Assembly: GCA_963710555.1 (NCBI GenBank)
Contig: CAVQAT010000008.1
Coordinates: forward strand, 2,664,849 to 2,728,848
Reading direction: 5' to 3'
Source of the DNA: an uncultured delta proteobacterium
GTDB lineage: Bacteria > Myxococcota_A > Polyangia > Polyangiales > Polyangiaceae
DNA length: 64,000 nucleotides
A program made the position numbers and the translations under genes. This document shows positions 48,796-58,558 of the stretch, piece after piece. Within the stretch, counting starts at the first letter, position 1; each line of letters starts with the position of its first letter. The notes under the pieces were generated by a model. That model was not told the DNA's origin. It saw nothing but the letters and a program-made list of their open reading frames with translations, and did not search any database.

Positions 48796-49710
48796 TTAGT
48801 TGAGCAATTGACGAATTGGCTCTTGCAGAAGTCTCGTTAGCGTTTTTGCGCCCTGTTCGTTGAGATGGTCTTGATTCGCATAGAATCTTTCGTCCCTGAG
48901 AGCCGGATGATTGCGAAGATCCCAGTGGTGAATTGTCGAAGCAGGGACTGCTTCCCTCACTTGGGAAACGGCTTCCTCAATAGCGGTGTCCCAAACCGCG
49001 GGGCGGGCTTGGTTGTACGTCGAATGAGTAGGAAAGGTGATGAGGACGATCTGCTGCTCGTTCTCGTGCGCCAGGAGAGCGAGTTCCACAAGCGCATCAA
49101 TGCTGGATTGAGGAGAATGAATCTTGAAGCTTCGAAGATAGTTGACTCTGCGGGCTGCGAGCTTGGCCGAGAATCGAGCCTCCTTCCCGGGCGCGCTCGG
49201 TGTGGGGCCAATCGACGGTAACACTGCCTCGAAATCTAGTGCAGAAAGGAGAACTCCCGAAGTGGTAAATCGTACCCGCTCGTCGAGCGGTACCAGACCT
49301 CTCCCAAGTGCTAGGTTGCGCAAGAGCCACCATGGGCGCACCGAGACAATCTCACTGGCTGGGAGTTTCCAGGAATTGAGACGTAGTCGCCCCGTCATTT
49401 CGCTGGGATCTCCATTCGTGATCCGAAGGGGATCAGAGAGCAATGTGAACTCGTCTACCTCAACGATGAGCACGCGTAGCTGGGACCACAGATGCCCGTG
49501 GTTTTTGTAGGCGGCGAGAGCCACTTCGGAGCTCATTCCCGGGAAGGCTAGCACTCCAGCGGGTGGGTGATAGCCAGACTCGTCTACTCCGTTTCCAACA
49601 TGAGACGAACCGACGAACAAGATCGCCGCCTTGTCCGCGTGCCACCTTGGTGGCTTAAAAACGAACGATTGGAGAACTGATCCCAGCCAACACCCTACGG
49701 CCGCGACCAC
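48796..49710 (-). CDS. AlgJ/AlgX/DltD-like SGNH-type periplasmic partner of the adjacent MBOAT acyltransferase
   Basis: N-terminal TM. 304 aa. Position immediately downstream of the MBOAT gene, as in algI-algJ/dltB-dltD pairs. Sequence-level support is modest. Confidence 0.55.
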   Translation of the reverse strand: MVAAVGCWLGSVLQSFVFKPPRWHADKAAILFVGSSHVGNGVDESGYHPPAGVLAFPGMSSEVALAAYKNHGHLWSQLRVLIVEVDEFTLLSDPLRITNGDPSEMTGRLRLNSWKLPASEIVSVRPWWLLRNLALGRGLVPLDERVRFTTSGVLLSALDFEAVLPSIGPTPSAPGKEARFSAKLAARRVNYLRSFKIHSPQSSIDALVELALLAHENEQQIVLITFPTHSTYNQARPAVWDTAIEEAVSQVREAVPASTIHHWDLRNHPALRDERFYANQDHLNEQGAKTLTRLLQEPIRQLLN

Positions 49711-49771
49711 TACAATCGTCAGATGCCAAACATGGATACGACTCGATAGCGCTTGGTACGCTCGATATGTG

Positions 49772-51193
49772 CTAAAATTGAAAATAGAGGAACTCGCTTC
49801 CGTGTGTCACGCCCATCGAGAATATTGCTCCGATCAGTAGCGCGTAAGTTGCGAGGCGCACTGGAGCAGGCCAACTCTTCATCACCCACATGTTGGCAGT
49901 ACGTTCCTGAGCTATCTCGATCACGAATACGGGCAAAACTAGGGCAAACATCCAGCCCGCAAGGGCGAGTAGCCGAGCTGTGTGCTCTGGAGCGAGTGGA
50001 TGATGGAGGGTACCCAACATCTCCCAGACGCCGCTGAGGTCACTCACCCTAAACAGCAGCCAGCCCAAGCATGTCAGGTGAAAGTATCCCACGACTCGCA
50101 CCAAGCGAACTAGAGTCCCCTGCCAAAAAGCTGCGGGCAGAAAACCGCGAACGCGGTGGCTAAGCGCGCGATGGGCAATAAGTAGGCCTCCATGGTACGC
50201 GCCCCAGGCAACGAAGTGCCCTGATGCACCGTGCCACAAGCCACCGAGAAGCATGGTGATGAGGAGGTTCGCATAGGTTCGACTCACCCCTCGTCGATTT
50301 CCACCGAGGGGCAGATAGAGGTAATCGCGCAGCCAGGTCGAGAGAGATATATGCCAACGTCTCCAAAAATCTGAAGGATTGACCGCGAAGTAGGGCATGC
50401 GGAAGTTCTGCATGAGATCGAATCCCATCAATGAAGCAATCCCCCGAGCTATCGCTGAATAGCCCGAGAAATCCCCATAGATTTGCCAGGCGAATGCGTA
50501 AGAGCCGAGCAACGCTTCCCAGGCGGAGATCTGATTTGGATGGGAAAACGCGGCGTCTGCAATAGGCGCCATGTTGTCCGCAATCACTACCTTCTTGAAA
50601 TATCCATAGAGAATGAGCCAGGCACCCTTGCGCAGGTGATCATAGGTGAGGGAGCGGTGGCGCTGGATCTGAGGGAGCAGATGCGATGCTCGTTCGATCG
50701 GTCCTGCCACCAACTGTGGAAAGAACGCCACGTAGAGGGCGAAATCGAGCAACCGCCGGGTTGCCGGGAGACGGCGGCGATACACGTCAATTGTGTAGCT
50801 CATTGTCTGAAACGTATAGAATGAAACTCCTATAGGTAAGACGATGTCGAGGTGGAGCTTCTCGGCGTCTATCCCCGGTCCGAACTGGGCCAGGCTATCG
50901 AGAAAGAAGTTGAAATACTTAAACAGCGCCAAGATTCCGAGGTTGACGACAATACTGAAAGTCAACGCCGTCCGGCGACGTGTCTCTGAGTTCGTTCGTT
51001 CGACGTACCGTCCGCTCGCGTAGTCGACGAGCGTCGAGAGCAAGATGAGTCCGAGAAACTTCCAGTTCCACCAGCCATAGAAGTAGTAGCTGGCGACCAG
51101 TAGGAGCAGGTTTTGTTGACGATGTTTGAGCGCACAGTAGAGCGCGATCACCGGGACCACGAATATAAGGAACTCGAACGAATTGAAGAGCAT
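49772..51193 (-). CDS. MBOAT-family membrane-bound O-acyltransferase (AlgI/DltB-like)
   Basis: MLFNSFEFLIFVVPVIALY start, multiple TM helices and the conserved His region (YLYLPLGGNRRG ... LLGGLWHGASGHFVAWGAY). Confidence 0.85.
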   Translation of the reverse strand: MLFNSFEFLIFVVPVIALYCALKHRQQNLLLLVASYYFYGWWNWKFLGLILLSTLVDYASGRYVERTNSETRRRTALTFSIVVNLGILALFKYFNFFLDSLAQFGPGIDAEKLHLDIVLPIGVSFYTFQTMSYTIDVYRRRLPATRRLLDFALYVAFFPQLVAGPIERASHLLPQIQRHRSLTYDHLRKGAWLILYGYFKKVVIADNMAPIADAAFSHPNQISAWEALLGSYAFAWQIYGDFSGYSAIARGIASLMGFDLMQNFRMPYFAVNPSDFWRRWHISLSTWLRDYLYLPLGGNRRGVSRTYANLLITMLLGGLWHGASGHFVAWGAYHGGLLIAHRALSHRVRGFLPAAFWQGTLVRLVRVVGYFHLTCLGWLLFRVSDLSGVWEMLGTLHHPLAPEHTARLLALAGWMFALVLPVFVIEIAQERTANMWVMKSWPAPVRLATYALLIGAIFSMGVTHGSEFLYFQF

Positions 51194-51222
51194 GGTCCTT
51201 GCGGGGCTTCAGCCGTCTCGGA

Positions 51223-52539
51223 TTACGGTTTTAAGCTGACGACAGTCGCATTTTCTCCGGTGACGACTGCGAACTGGTCGCCACCGACGTGAAATGCTTG
51301 AGCGTAGGGCGCGTCTCCTTGTGGTAGCGGAACTGGCTCGCCGAACGTCAGCGCATTGCCACTGAGTGACAGCTCTTCAACTTGGTAAGCGCTGTAGTCA
51401 GAGACACTGGGCGCGACGAACCACTTTCCCCCTTCGACTGTTCCAAAGTGCCGCCAAACTTCTCCCCGCGGGAAGCGCTGAATATCTCCATCGCTGTAGA
51501 TGTCGACGACTGGTCGAGTGCCAGCAACCACTTCTTCGATCACAGCAACTGGGATTACGCCGAGCGCAGCAGTGGGAGTCGAGGTCGGAGGGCCCCCTGT
51601 GAGCACCACGGTGCCGTCGATGATTCCGAGAGGGCCCCCACAAGATATCCCACTCGCGACCAATGTTACTTCAAGGTCGACGCCAGAGACATCAATCACA
51701 TAGATCCCCGCGTCGTCGCTTCCTATTTGCTGCGCACATTGCAGAAGACGTGTGTCGTCGAGCCACACCGTCTTCCCTGGGTAGATCCCCGTCAGGTTGC
51801 GCACGACATCAGTCTTCAAGTCTACTTCGTAGAAAGTGCTGTTACTCACGGACTGGGTGTCGGTGACCCAATAGGCGAGCCTTGTTTCACTCGGATTCAC
51901 CCCGAAGTTGGCGGGAGGTGCGCTGGGGACTCCGCCCCCGTTCCACGGCAAGGTGCGTTCGTAGACTTGAAGTGATTCTTGTCCTTCACCGAATGGTGAC
52001 AGCCGTGAGCGAGTGACCGCAATTTCAACTTGACTCATCGCTTCGTTGAAAGACGACGAGTAGTTGTAGATGAGTGGTTGCTGGCAGCTCGCCTCGCTTT
52101 GAACCAGGCTGTGAGTCGCCTGGAAGTTACAAATTTGCGCAAGCACATTAAAATCAGAATCGAACGCGGTCAGGCTGTCCGCGGTTTCGCCACAAAGGGC
52201 GATACAGATTGCGTCCACACAACTCATATCACCGCAACAATCGCCGACTTCGCAGCTGCTTTTATCAAGTTCGTTCCAAGTGCAGTCCTCGACCGGACCA
52301 CATTGGTTCCCAGATGCTGCGCCGCCGGTGTTGCTCGAAGTGGAGCCACCGCTTGCTTTGCCTCCTGTCGCTTCGCTCCCTCCGCCTGAAGCAGCCGAGC
52401 CTCCACTTTCAGTATTGGATTGTCCGGCGCCGCCCCCTCCCATTTCGATTTCACTTGTTGGTTCTGACGTGTCCTTGCTGCAAGCCTCAAGGCAGGCGAG
52501 AGGAATAAGTAGCGAAAGACAAGAGAGTGAGCGCTTCAT
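51223..52539 (-). CDS. hypothetical lipoprotein with a Cys-rich N-terminal module
   Basis: Signal peptide plus lipobox MKRSLSCLSLLIPLACLEACS (start 52539). Gly/Ser linker. Confidence 0.55.
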   Translation of the reverse strand: MKRSLSCLSLLIPLACLEACSKDTSEPTSEIEMGGGGAGQSNTESGGSAASGGGSEATGGKASGGSTSSNTGGAASGNQCGPVEDCTWNELDKSSCEVGDCCGDMSCVDAICIALCGETADSLTAFDSDFNVLAQICNFQATHSLVQSEASCQQPLIYNYSSSFNEAMSQVEIAVTRSRLSPFGEGQESLQVYERTLPWNGGGVPSAPPANFGVNPSETRLAYWVTDTQSVSNSTFYEVDLKTDVVRNLTGIYPGKTVWLDDTRLLQCAQQIGSDDAGIYVIDVSGVDLEVTLVASGISCGGPLGIIDGTVVLTGGPPTSTPTAALGVIPVAVIEEVVAGTRPVVDIYSDGDIQRFPRGEVWRHFGTVEGGKWFVAPSVSDYSAYQVEELSLSGNALTFGEPVPLPQGDAPYAQAFHVGGDQFAVVTGENATVVSLKP

Positions 52540-52651
52540 GCCGATAGGATACTCCGTCTCGCGTGCGTGTCTGCATTCAGCAGAAAAAGAAGTCTTCCAA
52601 CGCATGGGTGCGCATGCGAGCCTCGAAGAGGCGTTTTCCGCGCCCAGCGAT

Positions 52652-53554
52652 TCACTCGAAGTCTTCTAGTGAACTCACCTTCAGCATCCGGTCGTTCCAT
52701 GCTTGAACCGGTCGGCTGTTGTGGTTCAACTTCTGCTCAAAAATTTCCAGTTGAGCGAGGGTGGCCGCATCTGTTTCTTTGAAGATGATCCATTCGACGC
52801 CTTCGGTGCAGGGTGGCGTCGTCAACGAGCCGATGAAGTGATAGGCGGCGTGGTTCTGGGGAAGATGCATGTCGGGGTCAATGCTTCCGTCCTCCGGGAC
52901 ATGCTCTTTTCCCTGCTCGCTAGGGAGGTTGGCGATAATGTGGTCTAGCTCCTCGTTGTGCTTCCCCACCTCATAGAGGCTCGAAATCACAGCGATGTGC
53001 CCGGCGTCACTTTGATGAACAAAGTGCACCTCAAGAGGATACCGCTGACCGTTGATGAGATTCTCGCTCGGTGAGTGAAAGTGAAACTGCCGCAAATGAT
53101 AAGTATCGCGCGCCGTCTTCAATACGCTCCCCTCGTCGATATTGACCTGAATCGTATGGCCGTTGTCGAGGATATCGTGCACATGCGCGTGATGTGCCAC
53201 GGTCAATCCGCTCATCTCGTACAAGAGCTCGTGAACTCGCTCCGCAGGCGCTGCTTGGTCGATCGGCAAGTTGACAGGGGACTGGCTCGCTCCTACCGCA
53301 CAGGCTTCATAGGCTGGACTCAGCTCGCCCCAGAACTCAGGGCCGAGTCGACCGTGATAGCCCCACTCGACGGGTCGCACGGAGTTCGACTCATCGTGGA
53401 CGATGTGTACCTCCCGCTTCCCTCCAGGTGCTTCCGCGGCAGGAGGCGCTTCCGCGGAAGGAGCCGCCAGAGACCTCGATGACTTCACCTGACTGGAAGC
53501 CGGAACCACGGCCAGGGCGGTAAAAAGGAGCCTATGAGGGTACTTGTAGCTCAT
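52652..53554 (-). CDS. alpha-class carbonic anhydrase (secreted)
   Basis: Signal peptide. Alpha-CA motifs QSPVNL, zinc histidines (HFHSP ... EVHFVH), and SLTTPPCTEGVEWIIF. Confidence 0.85.
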   Translation of the reverse strand: MSYKYPHRLLFTALAVVPASSQVKSSRSLAAPSAEAPPAAEAPGGKREVHIVHDESNSVRPVEWGYHGRLGPEFWGELSPAYEACAVGASQSPVNLPIDQAAPAERVHELLYEMSGLTVAHHAHVHDILDNGHTIQVNIDEGSVLKTARDTYHLRQFHFHSPSENLINGQRYPLEVHFVHQSDAGHIAVISSLYEVGKHNEELDHIIANLPSEQGKEHVPEDGSIDPDMHLPQNHAAYHFIGSLTTPPCTEGVEWIIFKETDAATLAQLEIFEQKLNHNSRPVQAWNDRMLKVSSLEDFE

Positions 53555-53892
53555 TTTTCCACAATTCTAAAAGGGTACGGGCGAAACGTGTCGTTTCTTG
53601 AATGGAAAAGAACCCGGAGAATGTCCAGGCGAATCGGTGCGCCATGGTTTGTTCCTGGGTTCACCGTGCTGCAGTGATCGTTTGCACAAGGTTACGCAAC
53701 GATTGCGCTTTGTTTTCGCTGCGGTCCCGGGGCTAGCTCAGTGGCCAAGGCAGCTAGCTCGATGGCCAAGTGCGCTCGACCTTTGAAGCTTGTCGAGGAC
53801 CTTAAGATGAATTAGCTCCCCGACGGCCGATTATTGGGTCTCGCAGGGAAGTGCCGGGGAGGTGACTGGAACTCGTGCCTTTCGGGTGATGT

Positions 53893-54049
53893 TTAGTTTC
53901 CTCATGAGTCGGTAAAGGGCGTATCGACTTGAGAGACCAAGGGCACTTGCCGCTCCACTGAGGTGGTCGTGTTCCCGCAAAGCGAGCTCCACAATTTCCC
54001 GAGTGAGCAGGATCGGCGGAACCGAGCTAGTGGGACCCGGTGACCCCTC
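53893..54049 (-). other. possible remnant of a Fis/NtrC-type C-terminal HTH coding region (no start codon)
   Basis: Minus-strand frame reads ...ILLTREIVELALREHDHLSGAASALGLSSRYALYRLMRKLNIT. It is bounded upstream by a stop with no ATG. Confidence 0.25.
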
Positions 54050-54205
54050 AGACTGTCCGGTCTTCCTTGTTTCCTTGGTTCCTCGTCTGGTGTCTCATCG
54101 GTGAGCACCCGTTTGCGGCGACGCTTCGCAAGGTTTGTGCCAAGGCGTGCAGTGCATTATTCGCGCTAAATTCAGGGTCCGGGAGCCTTCACCCTCGTTG
54201 ATTTG

Positions 54206-54240
54206 GTGTGCGCGCACAGCAAACGCCCGTGCGCGCACAC
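54206..54240. promoter_or_regulatory. two copies of the palindrome GTGCGCGCAC spaced 21 bp apart (candidate tandem operator upstream of the DHH phosphoesterase gene)
   Basis: GTGTGCGCGCAC-AGCAAACGCCC-GTGCGCGCACAC read directly. Lies about 70 bp upstream of ATG 54308. Confidence 0.35.
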
Positions 54241-54307
54241 TCCGTTGAGGACGCGCCCTTATAGTCGGACGCTTCTGGACGTTGCACTACAGCGAGACTG
54301 GGGAACA

Positions 54308-55315
54308 ATGACTGAGCAAAAGAAATTTAGATTGGTGACGCGGAGCGATTTTGACGGCCTAGTTTGTGCCGTATTGCTGAAAGACTTGGACTTGGTCGAT
54401 GAAATTCTCTTCGTCCATCCCAAGGACATGCAGGACGGCAAAATAGATATCAGCGGCCGAGATATCACCACCAATTTGCCGTACGTCGAGGGCGCGCATC
54501 TCGTCTTTGACCATCATCATAGCGAGACCGTGCGCGTAGGCGTTCAGCAGAACCACATCATTGATGCAGACGCACCCTCTGCCGCTCGGGTGGTTTATGA
54601 CTATTACGGGGGAGCAAAGAAAATGCCCCGCATTTCGGAAGAGATGATGGCGGCCGTCGACAAAGGCGATTCCGCAAACTTCAATCGCGAGGAGATACTC
54701 AACCCTCAGGGTTGGGACTTGCTCAATTTTCTCATGGACGCTCGTACAGGTCTGGGTCGCTTCCGTGAGTTCCGGGTCTCCAACTATCAGCTCATGATGG
54801 AGTTGATCGACTACTGCCGCGACCATACCGTCGATGAAATCCTAGCACTTCCGGATGTTTCCGAACGTGTCACACTCTACAGGGAACAGTCTAGTAAGTT
54901 CGAACAGCAGCTGAGAAGGTGCGCCACCATCGAAGAATGCTTAGTGGTCCTCGACCTCCGTCCCGAGGAAACCATCTGGGCAGGCAATCGCTTCATGCTC
55001 TACGCGCTCTTTCCTGAGAGCAACATCTCGATTCATTGCATCTGGGGAAGACAAAAACAGAACACAGTCTTTGCAGTCGGAAAGTCGATTCTCAACAAGA
55101 GTTCGACAACGAATATCGGTGAGCTCATGTTGAAATTTGGTGGCGGTGGGCATCATGCCGCTGGAACCTGTCAGATTGATACGCCTGATGCCGAAGGGGC
55201 GCTGGCGCACATCAAGCAGCAGATTCTCACCGACGACCGGGTAGCTCGATTTGCGGCGGGCCTGAGGCCTGAGGCAGCGAACGATACTCAAAGTCAATTG
55301 AAGAGCGGAAGCTAG
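54308..55315 (+). CDS. DHH-family phosphoesterase (exopolyphosphatase-related / nanoRNase-like)
   Basis: DHH motif region LVFDHHHSE, a DFDGLVCAVLL N-terminal motif, and a DHHA1-like C-terminus with GGGGH. Start at MTEQKK (54308) rather than the listed 54203. Confidence 0.7.
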   Translation: MTEQKKFRLVTRSDFDGLVCAVLLKDLDLVDEILFVHPKDMQDGKIDISGRDITTNLPYVEGAHLVFDHHHSETVRVGVQQNHIIDADAPSAARVVYDYYGGAKKMPRISEEMMAAVDKGDSANFNREEILNPQGWDLLNFLMDARTGLGRFREFRVSNYQLMMELIDYCRDHTVDEILALPDVSERVTLYREQSSKFEQQLRRCATIEECLVVLDLRPEETIWAGNRFMLYALFPESNISIHCIWGRQKQNTVFAVGKSILNKSSTTNIGELMLKFGGGGHHAAGTCQIDTPDAEGALAHIKQQILTDDRVARFAAGLRPEAANDTQSQLKSGS

Positions 55316-55418
55316 TTTTCGAATTTCGGTGGAGCCTGAGGTCAAACCGGTAACCTTGAGCCCGGTCGCAATGGCTACCGCCTGCGGCAGACGACTATGA
55401 TATGTTCAAAAACGTCGT

Positions 55419-57470
55419 ATGGGTCCACTTTCGCTTGTTCGTGACTTCCGGTCGCGGATTCAAAATTGGCTGATTTCAGCGTTCGTCGGTTGCTGGCTAC
55501 TCGCTGCACTTGAATTCGGACTGACCGCGATATCTCTGCCTCACTACAATCCGCCGGTGTCGGGAGCGTTGCTGAGCATTCTCAAGTCTGCCTCGACCAT
55601 CGCGATACCGAGTCTCGTCCTGGCACCGATGCTTTGCTTGTTTGAAGTGTCTGTCTGTCGAGGCAGGTTGAGGTTGAGGTTGAGCGGGTTAGTAGCTGTT
55701 CTTGCAATGACATCGTTCGCGGTGATCCTCTTTGCAACAGCCGATTCCTTTCTCGAAGAAAAAGCAGCAGAGTTTCCCGATGCGATTTCGGCCATGCGCA
55801 TGGTTCTTCAAGGTGCGTCTCTCTTGCTCGCTGGTGCGACTTCATTGTTTGGGGTGTTTTACCCGCTACGGAGCCGAATCAGTCACGATTCGCCTCTGAA
55901 CAGTCAGCGCTTCCTAGTCGCTCTCATTGCGGGCATCACCCTGGGCACCGCGCAACTCTTGCTTCACGGAGTGCTTGCCCCGGTCTATTTGACGGGACCC
56001 TCACTGGCCGCGCACTTGCTTGGCCTTGTGGCTGCGACAGTGCTCTGTCGGGTTCTCTTGCCGGATGGTCGTCGAGTTGCCCTTGGTTGGACCGCGAGCC
56101 TGATGGCGCTCCTCTGCGTCTCGGGAACCTTTGCCCAGTCGCCTCATAGCCAATACATGAGCTATTCCCACCTGGGCGGCACCGCTCCGCTTGCGGCCAG
56201 ACTTCGCGATTGGCTCGATTTTGACGGCGATGGCACGACGGCGCTCGTTCTTGGGGGGACTGATTGCGCGGAGTTTGATGCTAGTCGTGGACCATTGGTT
56301 CGTGAAATTCCTCACGACGGAATCGACCAGGATTGTCAGGGGGGGGACGCTGGGGCGCCTTGGCCCGAGCGAGAGGTGAGCTCACCCTGGCAAGACTGTG
56401 GTGTTCCGCTCAGCAGTAGACCGTCCATCTTGCTGCTCACCATTGACGCTCTGAGAGCCGATCGCGTCAGCCCCACTGTCACTCCGAACCTGAATCGATT
56501 GCGTCACAGCTCGACCTACTTTTCGCGAGCCTACGTGGCGAGTCCCCTCACCTTGGTCAGCCTCAGCACTCTCTTCTCCGGGAAGCCCCTCTCCGATCTT
56601 GGGATGAGTAACCCCGTCGCGGAGGACATTCTTCGCATCGATCCGAATCTGGTCCGAGACTTGACAGACACCGGCTATCAGAGTGCGGCGTTCGAATTTT
56701 TCGGAGTCGATCGACGGGTCTCGGCGGGCTTCGACGTTTTGAATCCTACACCCGTTGACGTTGTTCCAGCTGGGATCAAGGTACAGCTCGGCTCAGCCCA
56801 GATGGCTCAGGGCATAGCGAAATTCATCCAGAGTAGTCCTTCTCCAACCCTTGTGTGGGCCCATTTTCCGGACGCCCACGCGCCCTACTTGACCCCCCCG
56901 GGGGTGGCACACGAATTTCAATCGCCTTACGATGCAGCGCTCAACTATGTGGATCGACAGTTGGGACGCCTGTTTGCGGAACTCACACAAACTGACCATC
57001 TGCGCTCGATGATCGTCGTCATCACCGCAGATCACGGAGAAGAACTGCGCCAGCACGGACGGGAAGGGCACGGGCCTCAGCTCTACGAGGAATCAGTTCG
57101 CGTTCCACTGCTTGTGCATGTACCAGGTTGTCCGTCCGCCGTAGTCGAGCATCCTGTGTCGCTGACCAGTCTTCTCCAGAGCCTCCACGACATTCGATCG
57201 CCTGAGCGCCGCGCAAAAGGGCTCGGGTCAAGGAACAGCGGTCGCCCTATCGTCGTGGAAGAAGCGCCAACACTTGGACTAGGCTTCAAGCGCGCGGTCA
57301 TTACAGAGCGCTACAAGCTGATTGTTGATCAACAGAACGGGGGGCGTGTTCTTTTTGACCTGGATGCAGACTGGGAAGAAACCAGCGACATTTATGGTAG
57401 CCAACCAGATATCTCAAAGAAGCTGGAACGCCACTATCAACAATGGTTGGACTCTCCCGACAATCGTTAG
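55419..57470 (+). CDS. membrane-anchored sulfatase-family (alkaline-phosphatase superfamily) hydrolase/transferase
   Basis: About 8 N-terminal TM helices. C-terminal sulfatase domain with LLLTIDALRADR and TADHGEE motifs. Confidence 0.75.
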   Translation: MGPLSLVRDFRSRIQNWLISAFVGCWLLAALEFGLTAISLPHYNPPVSGALLSILKSASTIAIPSLVLAPMLCLFEVSVCRGRLRLRLSGLVAVLAMTSFAVILFATADSFLEEKAAEFPDAISAMRMVLQGASLLLAGATSLFGVFYPLRSRISHDSPLNSQRFLVALIAGITLGTAQLLLHGVLAPVYLTGPSLAAHLLGLVAATVLCRVLLPDGRRVALGWTASLMALLCVSGTFAQSPHSQYMSYSHLGGTAPLAARLRDWLDFDGDGTTALVLGGTDCAEFDASRGPLVREIPHDGIDQDCQGGDAGAPWPEREVSSPWQDCGVPLSSRPSILLLTIDALRADRVSPTVTPNLNRLRHSSTYFSRAYVASPLTLVSLSTLFSGKPLSDLGMSNPVAEDILRIDPNLVRDLTDTGYQSAAFEFFGVDRRVSAGFDVLNPTPVDVVPAGIKVQLGSAQMAQGIAKFIQSSPSPTLVWAHFPDAHAPYLTPPGVAHEFQSPYDAALNYVDRQLGRLFAELTQTDHLRSMIVVITADHGEELRQHGREGHGPQLYEESVRVPLLVHVPGCPSAVVEHPVSLTSLLQSLHDIRSPERRAKGLGSRNSGRPIVVEEAPTLGLGFKRAVITERYKLIVDQQNGGRVLFDLDADWEETSDIYGSQPDISKKLERHYQQWLDSPDNR

Positions 57471-57539
57471 GCGACGAGCAGACGAGGTCATGAGAAGCAC
57501 GTTTGACTTCCACGTGCGCGCCGTGCTCCAGAGGTTGAT

Positions 57540-57974
57540 ATGGAAGTAGCTCTTGGCGCCCTCTTAGGTCTGTTCTGTGCGGGCAGCGGAGTGACATTTG
57601 TGTATGGGGTCGTTTCCCTCTTTCAGCGTCGCTATCGACAAGGCGTGCTTCTCGTATTGAGCGGGGGCCTCGTGATGGCATTGTGTTATCCTGTGCTCGT
57701 GTTGGCGTCCATTTCGATGTTTGCGGACATGCTGTCATCAGTCTCGCGCAGCGAGAGGCCAGGGGCTCTCTTTTCTTCAGAGAAAATGAAATCGGGCGTT
57801 ATGTTCGGTCTGCTTGCTGGGATCTGGGCAAGTCTTGTCGTCGCCAGGGGCGCCAAGGAGCGGCGCGCAAAGCGGCTGTGCGATGAAGAAGAGCTACTGC
57901 GCGCGTTCGAACAGGCAGGGATGGCGGCCCCGCCGGGTCTCGCACACCAGGCTAAGGACAAGCCTCCTCAGTGA
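57540..57974 (+). CDS. hypothetical membrane protein
   Basis: Three predicted TM helices. No motif. Confidence 0.4.
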   Translation: MEVALGALLGLFCAGSGVTFVYGVVSLFQRRYRQGVLLVLSGGLVMALCYPVLVLASISMFADMLSSVSRSERPGALFSSEKMKSGVMFGLLAGIWASLVVARGAKERRAKRLCDEEELLRAFEQAGMAAPPGLAHQAKDKPPQ

Positions 57975-58558
57975 GGTGACTGCTTGTTGGGTCAACGGTA
58001 AAGCGAGATCAAAGCCTCCTGTTCAGATTCGCTTTGGGCAGACACAATGGTTCTGCACCGAGCTGAACTTCAAGAATTGCCTGGTCACAGCGCTGCAGAA
58101 AAGAAGCGGCGCGGTCTCAAGATCGATGTCCGTAAAGTGCTCGGGGTCTGCGCGAAAAGCATCGAAAAACAGCATGTAAGGACTACGGCTCATCTGCGCT
58201 AGGACATGGTGCCCCTTTCGCGTCTGGATGCTGATGACAGCGGACTCCTTCCAACTGACGCGTCCCATGACCCAGACGGTAACACGATTTCCATTGGACA
58301 CGAGTTGTCGGCGGCAAGCCTCGAATCTTCAGGAGCTCAGATCTGGCCGCTGGAATTGACCCCGCTCGCATGAACTTTCGGTGAACTTGATCCAGACCAC
58401 ATGGGATGGATTCCGGAACGCCACACGCCAGCCGGAAGACCGTGGCGCAGCGGCATCCTCCCGAAAGGCTGAATCATCTCGCACCGTTCGGCCGGGTAAG
58501 AGACTGTAGGGCGAAGGTCCCCGTTTGCTGAAAATGCTCAGGCGTCTACCTTGAAGGC

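Noticed and set aside
53732-53800. tRNA-like start GGGGCTAGCTCAGTGG…
   Set aside because: No T-arm (GTTCRANYC) or complementary acceptor strand follows. The sequence is a 21-nt imperfect tandem repeat, not a tRNA.
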